A DNA stretch of 64,000 nt from Christensenellaceae bacterium (lineage in GTDB: Bacteria; Bacillota; Clostridia; Christensenellales; CAG-138): contig OY764017.1 of the NCBI GenBank assembly GCA_963667795.1, positions 3,457,778 through 3,521,777 on the forward strand. The letters run 5' to 3'. The notes beneath the pieces are model-generated. The model had not been told where the DNA came from. It made no database searches and worked only from the letters and a program-made list of their open reading frames with translations. A program made the translations under genes and the position numbers. Shown in pieces: positions 39,246 through 49,841 of this stretch (position 1 is the first letter of the stretch; each line of letters opens with the position of its first letter).

Positions 39246-39503
39246 ATGGACAAGCAAACCACAATTGAAAAATACGCATTGCACGAAGGCGATACCGGGT
39301 CTCCGGAGGTTCAGATCGCACTGCTGACAGAGCGGATCAACCACCTGAACGAGCACCTGAAGCTGCACCCGAAAGATCATCACTCCCGCCGCGGACTGCT
39401 CAAGATGGTCGGTCAGCGCAGAGGCCTGCTCAACTACCTCAAGGAGAAGGATATCGAGCGTTACAGAACAGTTGCTGCAAGCCTGAACATCCGTATCAAA
39501 TAA
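39246..39503 (+). CDS. rpsO: 30S ribosomal protein S15
   Basis: [29 protein letters not shown]. Confidence 0.99.
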   Translation: MDKQTTIEKYALHEGDTGSPEVQIALLTERINHLNEHLKLHPKDHHSRRGLLKMVGQRRGLLNYLKEKDIERYRTVAASLNIRIK

Positions 39504-39507
39504 CAAT

Positions 39508-39538
39508 AAGGGGCGGGGCTATTCCCGCCTTTCTTTTT
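39508..39538 (+). terminator. Intrinsic terminator after rpsO
   Basis: GGCGGG / CCCGCC stem + T-tract. Confidence 0.75.
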
Positions 39539-39694
39539 ATGCGGTGAATCATTGGATTTCGCCGACAAGCCGCAATGGCAACGCGCGCCGGAGTTTCCGG
39601 ATATTTGAAAAGGCGCCACAATCTTTTCGCGCGGCGGCACTGAATTAAGGTTATAATAAAAAAGAGATAAAGAAAAAAGGAGCAAACAAAAAAC

Positions 39695-41788
39695 ATGGAA
39701 AGAATCTTCCAAATGGAGCTTGGCGGTCGGACGCTCATCGTCGAAACCGGCAAGTACGCCGAACAGGCGGGTGGAAGCTGTCTCGTCCGCATGGGCGATA
39801 CGGCGGTGCTGGTATGCGCAACGGTGGCGAAAGCCCCGCGCGACGGCGTTGACTTTCTGCCGCTGTCGGTAGAGTTTCAGGAAAAACTATACTCGGTCGG
39901 TAAAATTCCCGGCGGGTTTATTAAGCGGGAAGGCCGCCCGACGGACCGTTCCATTCTGACGTGCCGTCTGATCGACCGTCCGCTGCGTCCGCTGTTCCCG
40001 AAAGGGTTCTATAACGACGTGCAGGTCGTTGCGACCGTTCTTTCGGTCGAGCAGGACGTTCAGCCGGACGTTCTCGGCATGATCGGCTCGTCCATCGCGC
40101 TGTCCATCAGCAACGCACCGTTTGCGGGCCCGACGGGCTCCGTTGCGGTCGGCCTTATCGATGGCGAATACATCCTCAACCCTGACTGCGAACAGCGTGA
40201 CAAGAGCAGCCTGTCGCTGACGGTTGCGGGAACCAAAGACGCCGTTATGATGGTTGAAGCCGGTGCAAACGAGATCAGCGAAGAAGAAATGCTTGGCGCG
40301 ATCCTCTTTGCGCATGATGAAATCAAAAAACTTGTTGCGTTCATCTCTGAAATCCAGGCCGAAGTCGGCAAGGAGAAGATGGAAGTCAACATTTACAAGC
40401 CGGACGAAGCGTTCACGGAAAAAGTGCGCGCGTTTGCGTTCGACAAGGTCGTTTGGTCGCTGGATACGTTTGAGCGCAAAGAGCGCGAAGTTCGCAGCGA
40501 ACAGGTGAAGAAAGAAACGATTGAAGCGTTTGCGGAAGAATATCCGGATTCCGCAAAGGACATCGGTTCGATTCTTTACGCAATCACCAAGGAAGTCGTC
40601 CGCGACAAGATCATTAACAAGAAGATCCGTCCGGATGGACGTGCACAGGATGAGATTCGTCCCATCTGGTGTGAAGTCGGCCTCCTCCCGCGTGTTCACG
40701 GCAGCGCGGTCTTCACCCGCGGACAGACGCAGGTTATGACCATTGCCACGCTGGGCACCATCGGTGAATCGCAGACACTCGACGGGCTGACGCTTGAAGA
40801 GAGCAAACGCTATATGCATCAGTACAATATGCCACCGTACAGCGTCGGTGAAACCCGCCCGGTGCGCGGACCCGGACGCCGTGAAATCGGCCACGGTGCG
40901 CTGGCGGAGCGTGCGCTTATGCCGGTACTGCCGAGCGAAGCGGAATTCCCGTATGCAATGCGTCTTGTCAGCGAAGTCATCAGCTCCAACGGCTCGACCT
41001 CGCAGGCTTCCATCTGCGCGAGCACACTGTCGCTGCTGGATGCGGGCGTACCGATCAAGAAGTCTGTTGCAGGCGTCGCCATGGGCCTCATTAAAGACGA
41101 CGAAACCGGAAACCTTGCAATCCTCACCGACATCCAGGGCCTCGAGGATTTCCTCGGCGACATGGACTTCAAGGTGGCGGGTACGTATGACGGCATCACC
41201 GCCATTCAGATGGACATCAAGATTAAGGGTATCAACCGCGAGATTTTGACCCGTGCGCTGGAGCAGGCAAGAAAAGGCCGCCTCTTCATCCTCGAAAAAA
41301 TGGCCGAGACCCTGCGCGAGCCCCGCGCCGAGCTTTCGGCTTATGCGCCGCGCATCATCAGCTTTTCGATCAACCCGGATAAGATCCGCGAAGTCATCGG
41401 AAGCGGCGGCAAGACGATCAACAAGATCATTGCAGATACCGGTGTCAAGATCGACATTCAGGATGACGGCATGGTGTTTATCGCCTCGCCCGATTCGGCT
41501 GCGGCTGCGGAAGCCAAGAAGATCATTGACGGCATCGTCAAGGAAATCGAGATTGGCGATGTATACCTCGGCACCGTCGTCGGCATCAAGGATTTCGGCG
41601 CGTTCATCAATCTCAAGCCCGGCACGGACGGGCTGCTCCACATCTCGCGCATTGCCAACAAGCGCGTTGAGAAGGTGGAAGACGTCCTCTCCATGGGTGA
41701 GCAGGTGCTCGTCCGCGTCATCGACATCGACCCGAAATCCGGCAAGATCAGCTTGACCCGCAAGGACATGCTGCCTGCCGATAAATAA
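39695..41788 (+). CDS. pnp: Polyribonucleotide nucleotidyltransferase
   Basis: [33 protein letters not shown] and S1 domains. Confidence 0.98.
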   Translation: MERIFQMELGGRTLIVETGKYAEQAGGSCLVRMGDTAVLVCATVAKAPRDGVDFLPLSVEFQEKLYSVGKIPGGFIKREGRPTDRSILTCRLIDRPLRPLFPKGFYNDVQVVATVLSVEQDVQPDVLGMIGSSIALSISNAPFAGPTGSVAVGLIDGEYILNPDCEQRDKSSLSLTVAGTKDAVMMVEAGANEISEEEMLGAILFAHDEIKKLVAFISEIQAEVGKEKMEVNIYKPDEAFTEKVRAFAFDKVVWSLDTFERKEREVRSEQVKKETIEAFAEEYPDSAKDIGSILYAITKEVVRDKIINKKIRPDGRAQDEIRPIWCEVGLLPRVHGSAVFTRGQTQVMTIATLGTIGESQTLDGLTLEESKRYMHQYNMPPYSVGETRPVRGPGRREIGHGALAERALMPVLPSEAEFPYAMRLVSEVISSNGSTSQASICASTLSLLDAGVPIKKSVAGVAMGLIKDDETGNLAILTDIQGLEDFLGDMDFKVAGTYDGITAIQMDIKIKGINREILTRALEQARKGRLFILEKMAETLREPRAELSAYAPRIISFSINPDKIREVIGSGGKTINKIIADTGVKIDIQDDGMVFIASPDSAAAAEAKKIIDGIVKEIEIGDVYLGTVVGIKDFGAFINLKPGTDGLLHISRIANKRVEKVEDVLSMGEQVLVRVIDIDPKSGKISLTRKDMLPADK

Positions 41789-41813
41789 GAACTAAACAAA
41801 AAGCATAACGGGA

Positions 41814-41837
41814 GGGCGCAGCGGAGACGCTGCGCCC
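41814..41837 (+). terminator. GC-rich hairpin after pnp
   Basis: GGGCGCAGCG-GAGA-CGCTGCGCCC; U-tract poor. Confidence 0.5.
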
Positions 41838-41985
41838 CCGGTTCGTAAAGAAGACCAACCCGTTTGCAAAAAGAAAGAATAACGATATGACAATATTGTA
41901 ATCGCTTGTTGAGACGGCATGTGGTACAATAAGAAACCGGTGAAAGCCGACAGGCATTTTAACCCGAAGGGGATATGGATAATAC

Positions 41986-43245
41986 ATGATTCAACAAAAA
42001 ATCTTGCCGAATGGGATTCGGCTGATCTATGAAAAGATGGGGCACGTTCGCTCCTGCTCCATGGGCGTTTGGGTGGACACCGGCTCCGTTCGCGAAACGA
42101 ATGAGACGGCGGGCGCATCACACCTGATCGAGCACATGGTGTTTAAAGGGACCGAATGCAGGGGCGCGGAAGACATAGCCATTGAGATGGATGCCGTCGG
42201 CGGGAACCTGAATGCGTTTACCAGCAAGGAATGCACCTGCTTTTACGCAAAGGTTCTGGACGAGCATCTTTCGCTTGCAGCGGACATCCTTTCGGACATC
42301 GTGTTCCACAGCGTATTCGACCCGGACGAGCTGAAAAAAGAGCAGGGCGTCGTCGTTGAAGAAATCCTCATGAACGAGGATAATCCGGAGGACGTCTCGG
42401 CGGAAGCTTCCAATATGGCGTTCTTTGGCGACGAGCCGCTGGCAAGCCCGATCCTGGGCACAAGGGAAAGCGTACGTGCGTTTACGCGCGAATCGCTGCT
42501 TGCCTATAAAAACGAACACTATCTGCCGCGCAACATTGTTGTTTCGTGCGCGGGTCATTTTGACGAACAGGAACTTATTGATACCGCGACGCGCTTTTTT
42601 GATATTCCGGCTCAAAACGGCGGAGCAAAGCAGCTGGATGTGTCGTACCCCGGCGGTCGGCGGACAACGCTTGTTGAAAAAGACGTCGAACAGGTGCATC
42701 TTTGCGTGACCCTGCCCGGTTTCCCGCGGGATACGAAGGAGCAGTTTTCGCTTGCGGTGCTTTCCAACGTGATCGGCGGGAGCATGAGTTCGCGCTTGTT
42801 TCAAACGATTCGCGAAAAGCTTGGACTGGCGTATTCAGTATACTCGTTTCCAACGAGTTTTACGACGACAGGCACGTTCACACTTTATGCCGGGACGGGT
42901 GAGAAGCAGGCTCCTGAAGTGCTTGGGCGCATGATGGACGAGATTGCGGCTGTACGCAAAAACGGCATAACAAAGCAAGAACTGGAGCGCTGCCGCGAAC
43001 AGCTCAAGGGCAACTATCTGCTGGGAATGGAATCGTCCGGCTCACACATGAACGCGCTGGGCAAGACACTCCTGTTACAAAAACGTGAATATAATGAGGC
43101 GGAAATGCTCCGTCGGATTGAATGTGTTACAATGGAGGACATAGAGCAAATTCTGCCGGTATGCCTCGATTGGGACAATGCATGCGTTGCGCTAGCAGGA
43201 CGCGTGAACAAGCAAAAGAAGACGCTTTTGGAGCGGATTGGATGA
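41986..43245 (+). CDS. M16 family zinc peptidase (MlpA/YmxG-like)
   Basis: HLIEHMVFKGT (HxxEH), NAFTSKE, MSSRLFQTIREKLGLAYSV. Confidence 0.93.
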   Translation: MIQQKILPNGIRLIYEKMGHVRSCSMGVWVDTGSVRETNETAGASHLIEHMVFKGTECRGAEDIAIEMDAVGGNLNAFTSKECTCFYAKVLDEHLSLAADILSDIVFHSVFDPDELKKEQGVVVEEILMNEDNPEDVSAEASNMAFFGDEPLASPILGTRESVRAFTRESLLAYKNEHYLPRNIVVSCAGHFDEQELIDTATRFFDIPAQNGGAKQLDVSYPGGRRTTLVEKDVEQVHLCVTLPGFPRDTKEQFSLAVLSNVIGGSMSSRLFQTIREKLGLAYSVYSFPTSFTTTGTFTLYAGTGEKQAPEVLGRMMDEIAAVRKNGITKQELERCREQLKGNYLLGMESSGSHMNALGKTLLLQKREYNEAEMLRRIECVTMEDIEQILPVCLDWDNACVALAGRVNKQKKTLLERIG

Positions 43246-43289
43246 ATAAACGGATTTCGCCCTGCGAACCGGGCTATATGGAGGACGAC

Positions 43290-43661
43290 ATGGACAAGCT
43301 TGATGTGATCTTTGATATGCAGCAGTCGCTGGACAACGATATCGTAGAGCGGCGCAATCTTTCTTATCCGAAGGAAGTTTGGATGCAGAAGGAAGTGCTC
43401 GCCATGATTTCCGAACTGTCCGAGGTTCTGGACGAGGTCAACTTCAAGTGGTGGAAAAATTCGAAGCCGATCGACGATGCGGCGCTCAAAGGCGAGCTGG
43501 TCGACGTGTTGCACTTTTTTGTGAGTATGTGCTTAAAGAGCGGCATGGATGCGGACGAACTTTTCGAGCTTTACCGCGCGAAGAATCAGGAAAACTTCGA
43601 TCGTCAGTACGGACGAAGTGAAAAGCTGGGATATGAAGTCGGCGGTGAAGTGAATGGCTAG
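43290..43661 (+). CDS. Dimeric (all-alpha) dUTPase-like NTP pyrophosphatase
   Basis: ELSEVLDE..FKWWK, ELVDVLHF, KNQENFDRQ; GGAGGA SD before ATG 43290. Confidence 0.85.
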   Translation: MDKLDVIFDMQQSLDNDIVERRNLSYPKEVWMQKEVLAMISELSEVLDEVNFKWWKNSKPIDDAALKGELVDVLHFFVSMCLKSGMDADELFELYRAKNQENFDRQYGRSEKLGYEVGGEVNG

Positions 43662-44847
43662 ATCCAGAGTACGTATCCGCGGTCGGTTCTTCGTTGTCGT
43701 ATTCGGTTTTATCGGTTTTATCGCACTGATCGTCGTGATATTGAACTTGACGAAGAAGACTGGAGAGATCGAATTCGGAACGCTTGGCGCAGACATGGAA
43801 GTTTCCGCCGCAATCATCCGCGACGAAACAACCATTATGACCGAGCAATATGAAAAGGTCTCGTTCGAAGTTACCGAGGGTGAAACGGTCAGCAATGACC
43901 AGCTGATTGCGGAGGTGTACAAGAGAGGATATCAGGACGAAACGCTTGTTACGCTATTGAACCTGCAAAAACAGATTTACACGTATCAGCTGCAGCTGCT
44001 CGGCGGCGAGGAACCCGCGGAACTTTACGAACTCAACAGTAACCTTGCGACTGTGGAGTCGCAGATTCGTGCAGTGTCCCGCGGCGAGAGCGACCTGGAC
44101 ATGCTGGGCCTTGAGCAGACGCTGAAAGACCTGCAGAATCAGCGTGTAACGTTGCTAAAGAGCATCGTTACCGCCGACACCACGCTTACGACGATTTACA
44201 ACGAGCTGGACAGCCAGGAGTCAACGATCTCCGGCTGGAAGCGTGACATCAAGAATACGTCCGGCACCGGCATCGTTAGCTTTTATTTCGACGGTTACGA
44301 GCAGGTGCTCAACGTCAACAAACTTTCGACCATCAACTCCGCACTGGTTAAAACTGTTGTAAAAGGCGGCAACACGGCCAGCACCACGGAGTCGACGAGT
44401 GAAATGCCGCTGTACCGCATCATAGACAATACGCACTGGTTCATCGCGTTTGTAACAGATTCCGACGACCCGATGCGGCTTGCCGAAGGCGAACAGTACA
44501 GCGTTGTTTTCACCGACTATTCCGAAGAGGCTTACACTGCGACCGCGCGGGAAAGCACCGTTTCGGAAAAAGCGGTCGTCAATATATTGGAGTTCAATTC
44601 GGATATCGGCAAACTGATCGGCACCCGTACCGTAACGGCGACGATCTCGAAATCCGCGCAGGGGCTCGTCGTGCCGCTGAAAGCCATTGAAATGGTTGAA
44701 GGCGTACCGGGCATCAACATCAGCTATGGAGATACGGTGCTTCGCGTTGAGGTGGAAATCCTTGCGCAAAACGAGAAAAAGGCGGTTATCCGCGCGAAAA
44801 ACGATTCCAACGCGCTGACCGCAGGACAGAAGTATGTGAAGCCATGA
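43654..44847 (+). CDS. HlyD-like membrane-fusion-fold protein
   Basis: Single N-terminal TM, coiled coil, GIVSFYFDGYE, GLVVP; position upstream of yggS. Confidence 0.7.
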   Translation: MARSRVRIRGRFFVVVFGFIGFIALIVVILNLTKKTGEIEFGTLGADMEVSAAIIRDETTIMTEQYEKVSFEVTEGETVSNDQLIAEVYKRGYQDETLVTLLNLQKQIYTYQLQLLGGEEPAELYELNSNLATVESQIRAVSRGESDLDMLGLEQTLKDLQNQRVTLLKSIVTADTTLTTIYNELDSQESTISGWKRDIKNTSGTGIVSFYFDGYEQVLNVNKLSTINSALVKTVVKGGNTASTTESTSEMPLYRIIDNTHWFIAFVTDSDDPMRLAEGEQYSVVFTDYSEEAYTATARESTVSEKAVVNILEFNSDIGKLIGTRTVTATISKSAQGLVVPLKAIEMVEGVPGINISYGDTVLRVEVEILAQNEKKAVIRAKNDSNALTAGQKYVKP

Positions 44848-45539
44848 GTATGAGTATTGCGGAAAATTTGGAACAGGTTCAGGAAGAAATTGTGCGGGCG
44901 TGTATGCGCGCCGGTCGTAAAACGGACGAAGTGACGCTGGTTGCCGTGTCCAAATACATGGGCATTGACAAGATTGCACAGGCGGTTGACGCCGGACAGC
45001 GGGTTTTCGGGGAAAATCACGCGCAAGAATTGACCGAAAAGAAAACTTTTTTTGAACAGCACGGTTGTCTTGTGCATTTTATTGGACATCTGCAGACGAA
45101 TAAGATAAAATATGTCTGCGGTTTTGCGGATATGATCGAATCGGTCGACCGGCAAAATCTGGCGGGTCTCTTGCAAAAAAAAGCGGAGGCGCGTGATGTG
45201 AAACAGGACATTCTCATCCAGGTCAACATCGGTGAAGAAGAGCAAAAAGGCGGCGTCACGGATGGGGACTTGGATTGTTTCGCGGCATCATTTGAAAATT
45301 ATCCAAACCTGCACGTGCGCGGACTGATGTGTGTACCGCCCGCGGTGGAAGCGGAACAGGCGAGATTGTATTTTAGTAAGATGCGTGAGCTTTATGAGGC
45401 GATGCGCGGCAAAGGCTCGTTCGAGAATTTCGACACGCTGTCGATGGGCATGAGTCACGATTTTGCGATTGCAATTGAAGAAGGCGCAACCGAAGTCCGC
45501 GTCGGCACCCGTATATTCGGGGCGCGGGACAAAAAATAA
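44844..45539 (+). CDS. yggS: PLP homeostasis protein YggS
   Basis: VAVSK, FGEN, HFIGHLQTNK, LSMGMSHD..AIEEGAT.VRVGT.IFG. Confidence 0.96.
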   Translation: MSMSIAENLEQVQEEIVRACMRAGRKTDEVTLVAVSKYMGIDKIAQAVDAGQRVFGENHAQELTEKKTFFEQHGCLVHFIGHLQTNKIKYVCGFADMIESVDRQNLAGLLQKKAEARDVKQDILIQVNIGEEEQKGGVTDGDLDCFAASFENYPNLHVRGLMCVPPAVEAEQARLYFSKMRELYEAMRGKGSFENFDTLSMGMSHDFAIAIEEGATEVRVGTRIFGARDKK

Positions 45540-45595
45540 CCAGAATGGAATGGAACGCCGCAGAGTGCGGCTGATGGTTTTTCGGAGGAAAACGG

Positions 45596-46075
45596 ATGGC
45601 AAGTTTATATACAAAATTCCTGGATTTTATTGGCATCGAGGAAAGCGACGAAATGGAGGACGAACGCAGAGACGACGGTTATTACCGTGACGATGCGGAC
45701 GACCGGCAAGGCAACGTCGTAAGCTTCAACAACAACCGCAGCAGTGCGGCAACGCACCGCCGCAACGAGCGCGTGTCGAATGCGACAGGCGCGAATTTGC
45801 CGATTTCCGGCGGAATGAAGATGATCGTATATCATCCGGTGAGCTACGAGGACACCCAGAGCATCATAGACAATCTCAAAAATCGTAAGCCGGTGATTGT
45901 GAACATGGAAGAGCTCGAACTCGATACGGCTCAGCGTATTTTGGACTTCCTTTCCGGTGCGGTCTATGCATTGAACGGAACGATGTGCAAAATTTCCCGC
46001 GGAATCTTTGTCGTCGCGCCGAACAACTATGACGTCGTCGGCAATGGTGAGGACGATTACGGCGACCTGATTTAA
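45596..46075 (+). CDS. sepF: Cell division protein SepF
   Basis: N-terminal amphipathic helix, VIVNME...RILDFLSGAVYALNG. Confidence 0.95.
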   Translation: MASLYTKFLDFIGIEESDEMEDERRDDGYYRDDADDRQGNVVSFNNNRSSAATHRRNERVSNATGANLPISGGMKMIVYHPVSYEDTQSIIDNLKNRKPVIVNMEELELDTAQRILDFLSGAVYALNGTMCKISRGIFVVAPNNYDVVGNGEDDYGDLI

Positions 46076-46109
46076 GGCCGCGAAAAACGAACAAAACTGG
46101 TTCTTTGAC

Positions 46110-46140
46110 GGCACATCAGCAAAATGGTGTGCCTGTTTTT
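46110..46140 (+). terminator. Terminator-like hairpin between sepF and DivIVA-domain gene
   Basis: GGCACATCA-GCAAAA-TGGTGTGCC then TGTTTTT. Confidence 0.6.
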
Positions 46141-46157
46141 GCAAGGAGGGTCGCCAC

Positions 46158-47159
46158 ATGCGCACGCAAGACATCATCAGCAAAGTATTTACGCGCTCAT
46201 TCATGGGATACGACATTGAGGAAGTGGATCGTTTTTTGGACGCGGTGATCGACTGCATCGAGCAATACGAAGCGGAAAAGAAGGAAATGATGACCGCAAT
46301 GGAGTACCTGCTGCAAAAGCTGGAAAACGACACGCAGATGCCTGCCGCGGAAATACGCGAGGCCATTGACACTGGCAAACCCGCAAAAAAACGCGCCGTA
46401 CTCCCGGAAAAAACGAAGAACGTACGCATACCGGCAAAGCGAACGGACAAGAGCGCGACAAAACAGCGAACAGAAGAACAGGATGTCACCGAGGCGAAAG
46501 CGACCGCACGCTCGATTACGCGCGGCGGCAAAGGCGCACCGAAACCGGTGCGCGCGCCGAAGGTCAGCCGCGTTGCGGCGCAGCAACCCCAAACGGGGAC
46601 AAAAACGGACGAACCGGCAAGTGCGCAGGCATTTGAAGGTGGAAATTGGCTGGACGAATTGCTGGACAATCTTTCCGAACGTGATAAAAAAGGCTATACA
46701 ACGGTACCGGAACAATCTGCCGCCCGGACTGTGACTGCAACACAAGAAAACGTGCAACCACCCAAAAAACAGACGGCGGAGACGCTAACGAACGATCAAC
46801 CGAAGCGGGCACAAGCTGAACCGCAGCCACTCAAAGCACAGCCTGTGACGGAGAAACCAAAAGAAAGCGCGCCTCCTGCGTCGCCAAAACTGGAAACGAC
46901 ACCGCAGACAGCGCAACCGCAACCAACGGCGCAAGCAAGCGGCGAACAGCGGGAACCACCGTCCGTAGGGCCGCAGAAGACTGAATCCGAGACAGAAGAA
47001 GCGATCCGCTCGTTTGAAGCGACCTTGCGCACGCTTGGAGAAACCGTTCGCAAGGAACCGGCAAAGCCGGACGAAAACCGGCCTGCGCAGAACGACACAA
47101 CCGAAACATATGAGCATAAGCCGAAGCATGCGGCGGTGAGTGAAGACGAAAAACAATGA
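46158..47159 (+). CDS. DivIVA-domain protein with long low-complexity C-terminus
   Basis: DIISKVFTRSFMGYDIEEVDRFLD DivIVA signature; AAGGAGG SD. Confidence 0.8.
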   Translation: MRTQDIISKVFTRSFMGYDIEEVDRFLDAVIDCIEQYEAEKKEMMTAMEYLLQKLENDTQMPAAEIREAIDTGKPAKKRAVLPEKTKNVRIPAKRTDKSATKQRTEEQDVTEAKATARSITRGGKGAPKPVRAPKVSRVAAQQPQTGTKTDEPASAQAFEGGNWLDELLDNLSERDKKGYTTVPEQSAARTVTATQENVQPPKKQTAETLTNDQPKRAQAEPQPLKAQPVTEKPKESAPPASPKLETTPQTAQPQPTAQASGEQREPPSVGPQKTESETEEAIRSFEATLRTLGETVRKEPAKPDENRPAQNDTTETYEHKPKHAAVSEDEKQ

Positions 47160-49123
47160 AACCCAACAAAACAGAGCAATTGCCACCCGTTTCACGTGCA
47201 GAACTTGCCGCACGTGGGATCGACAGGCCGGATTTTATATTTGTTACTGGCGACGCGTATATCGACCACCCGAGCTTTGGGACGGCGATCATTACGCGCT
47301 TGCTGGAAAGCCGCGGGTACAGTGTCGCGCTGATTGTTCAGCCGGACTGGCACAGCGCGGCTGATTTTGCCGCGCTTGGCAAACCAAGGCTTGGTTTTTT
47401 GGTGTCGTCCGGCAATATCGACTCCATGGTCAACCATTATTCCGTGTCCGGTACGCGCAGGAAGACCGACGCCTATTCGGAAAACGGCGAGGCGGGCAAG
47501 CGACCCGACCGGGCGACGATTGTTTACGCAAACCGCTGCCGGGAAGCGTTTTCCGACGTACCGCTGATTCTCGGCGGCATTGAAGCGAGTCTGCGCCGTT
47601 TTGCGCACTTTGACTACTGGGACAATCGCGTGCGGCATTCGATCCTGTACGACGCATGCGCGGACATCCTCGTTTACGGCATGGGTGAACGCGCAATTGT
47701 CGAAATTGCGGACGGACTGAACGCGGGGAAGAGCATAAGCGAACTGACCGACATTAAGGGAACTTGCGTGCGCGTATCTTCGATAGACGATGCCAAGGAT
47801 GCAATCGTTCTGCCAAGTTATAGCGAAGTTGGCAAAGATAAAAAGAAATACTGCCAGGCATTTCTGACACAAGCGCGTGAGCAGGACGCCGTGCGCGGCA
47901 AGCGATTATTTCAGCCGCACGAAAAAGGCGCGCTGCTCTGCAATCCGCCAGCACAGCCGCTTGGCACACGCGAGCTGGACGAAATTTACGCACTGCCGTA
48001 TACGCGCAGACCGCATCCGATGCACACAGGGCACATTCCCGCCATCGACGAGGTTTCATTTTCTATCACATCCGCACGTGGCTGCTTTGGCAACTGCAAC
48101 TTCTGCGCGTTGACGTTCCATCAGGGACGAGTCGTAACGTCCCGCTCACACGGATCGATTCTGGACGAAGCGACGCGACTGACAAAAGACCCGAATTTTA
48201 AGGGATACATTCACGACGTCGGCGGTCCGACGGCAAATTTTCGACATCCGGCCTGCGACAAGCAGCTGAAAAGCGGCGTCTGCGCGGACAAACAATGCCT
48301 TGGATTTTCAGTATGCAAGAACATCAACGCGTCACATGCGGACTATACACGGCTGCTGCGCGAATTGCGCGAGATTCCTCGTGTTAAAAAGGTGTTTGTA
48401 CGCAGCGGCGTGCGGTACGATTACGCGCTGCTCGATCGCGACGATATGTTTTTACGCGAGTTGATCGCCCATCATATCAGCGGACAGCTTAAAGTCGCGC
48501 CGGAACATGTGTCCGACCGTGTGCTGAAGTATATGAACAAGCCGCCGCATGCCGTTTACGAGCGGTTTGTACAGAAATATGATGCACTGAACAAGAGCCT
48601 CGGCATGAATCAATATCTCGTGCCGTACCTGATCAGTTCGCACCCGGGCGCAACACTGAACGACGCGATTGAGCTTGCGCTATACCTCAAAAAGACCGGA
48701 CACCGACCGGAACAGGTGCAGGACTTTTACCCGACGCCGGGCACGATGAGCACCTGCATGTACTATACGGGACTCGACCCGACGACGATGAAGCCGGTGT
48801 ATGTCGCAAAAACGCGCGAGGAAAAAGCGATGCAGCGCGCGCTGATGCAATGCCACATCCGAAAGAACTGGCCGCTGATACGAAAAGCGCTTCGACAGGC
48901 CGACCGTGACGATTTAATTGGAAACGGCAAAGGCTGTCTTGTGCCGCCGGACTTTCGTGACGGGCAGACCGCATCATACGGCGCAAAACGAACAAACGCA
49001 AAACACGCAGGCAAGGCGCAATATAATAGTAACAACGGTTACGGCGGCGGTCGAAATACACCGGGTAAAAAAAGTGCAAAAAAGAACGGCGGTAAAAGAA
49101 CCGGCACAAAGGGTCGCGCATAG
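47156..49123 (+). CDS. ygiQ: YgiQ family radical SAM protein
   Basis: VTGDAYIDHPSFG, RGCFGNCNFC, DVGGPTAN, LKVAPEH, QVQDFYPTP. Confidence 0.94.
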   Translation: MKPNKTEQLPPVSRAELAARGIDRPDFIFVTGDAYIDHPSFGTAIITRLLESRGYSVALIVQPDWHSAADFAALGKPRLGFLVSSGNIDSMVNHYSVSGTRRKTDAYSENGEAGKRPDRATIVYANRCREAFSDVPLILGGIEASLRRFAHFDYWDNRVRHSILYDACADILVYGMGERAIVEIADGLNAGKSISELTDIKGTCVRVSSIDDAKDAIVLPSYSEVGKDKKKYCQAFLTQAREQDAVRGKRLFQPHEKGALLCNPPAQPLGTRELDEIYALPYTRRPHPMHTGHIPAIDEVSFSITSARGCFGNCNFCALTFHQGRVVTSRSHGSILDEATRLTKDPNFKGYIHDVGGPTANFRHPACDKQLKSGVCADKQCLGFSVCKNINASHADYTRLLRELREIPRVKKVFVRSGVRYDYALLDRDDMFLRELIAHHISGQLKVAPEHVSDRVLKYMNKPPHAVYERFVQKYDALNKSLGMNQYLVPYLISSHPGATLNDAIELALYLKKTGHRPEQVQDFYPTPGTMSTCMYYTGLDPTTMKPVYVAKTREEKAMQRALMQCHIRKNWPLIRKALRQADRDDLIGNGKGCLVPPDFRDGQTASYGAKRTNAKHAGKAQYNSNNGYGGGRNTPGKKSAKKNGGKRTGTKGRA

Positions 49124-49209
49124 CCCCGGGTCTTTTGCCCGATAAGCGGATAAAAGCGGAAAACACAACGATTGGCCGCATTTTTAAATGGAATACAGCC
49201 GCTTCCGTA

Positions 49210-49238
49210 TTGACAAACGGCGCGGTTATCGATAAAAT
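49210..49238 (+). promoter_or_regulatory. Sigma-A promoter for yceD-rpmF
   Basis: TTGACA-17 bp-TAAAAT. Confidence 0.75.
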
Positions 49239-49326
49239 ATCTAAGGTTGCGTGGAAACGCGCAGTAACTTTTTGCGCACCGGCAATCGTATGCGCCGATT
49301 TCCTCGGCGGACAGGCGGTGGGAATC

Positions 49327-49830
49327 ATGCGAATTCGAGCAGCGGACGCGATCCGGCAGGTTGGCGAGCCGTTCCCGTTTGAAATCAGCGAGACGGTGAA
49401 ACCGCAAACCTACGGTGAGCGGACGATTACGTTCAGCGAACCGCTGAACGTAACGGGCATTTACGTTTACGACGGAAAGGCCTTTACGGTAAGCGGACAG
49501 GTGGACGCAGCGATCGACACCAACTGTGCGCGCTGTACAAAAACATTTGTCGAACGAATTTCGGTTTCGTTTTCGGAGCGCTTTGTCAAAGACGCGGACG
49601 AACTCGGCGACGATGAAACGTATCCCTACACGGGCGAGGAACTCGAAATCGACAAAGCCGTTCTGGACAATCTTTTTCTGCAGCTGCCGATTGCGAGCAT
49701 TTGCAGGAAGGACTGCAAGGGACTGTGTCCCGTTTGCGGCGCGGACCGAAACGTAACCAAGTGTCAATGCAAACAAACCGATGCATCCTGGAAGAGTATT
49801 CTGCGTGATGCGATATCTGAAGAAGAATAG
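49327..49830 (+). CDS. yceD: YceD/DUF177 family protein
   Basis: CARC, CRKDCKGLCPVCG; start placed downstream of the promoter at ATG 49327. Confidence 0.9.
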   Translation: MRIRAADAIRQVGEPFPFEISETVKPQTYGERTITFSEPLNVTGIYVYDGKAFTVSGQVDAAIDTNCARCTKTFVERISVSFSERFVKDADELGDDETYPYTGEELEIDKAVLDNLFLQLPIASICRKDCKGLCPVCGADRNVTKCQCKQTDASWKSILRDAISEEE

Positions 49831-49841
49831 GAGGGATTATC

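Noticed and set aside
39887-41641. 584-aa antisense ORF over pnp (likewise 33944-35491 and 34608-35765 over infB, 54464-55507 over smc, 12448-13479 over dnaE, 29019-29882 over oadA)
   Set aside because: Shadow ORFs caused by GC-rich codon bias of conserved genes on the other strand; no motifs or SD
41838-41985. CCGGTGAAAGCCGA upstream of the M16 peptidase as a possible c-di-GMP-I riboswitch
   Set aside because: Lacks the GCAAA-led P1/P2 and P3 receptor architecture
49135-49326. Long N-terminal extensions in the ORF track (yceD; also rlmD, rluB, trmD, dUTPase, YciI 5979-6599, DGC 1199-2875)
   Set aside because: Longest-ORF artefacts; internal starts fit family N-termini and usually have an SD, and for yceD the promoter lies inside the extension
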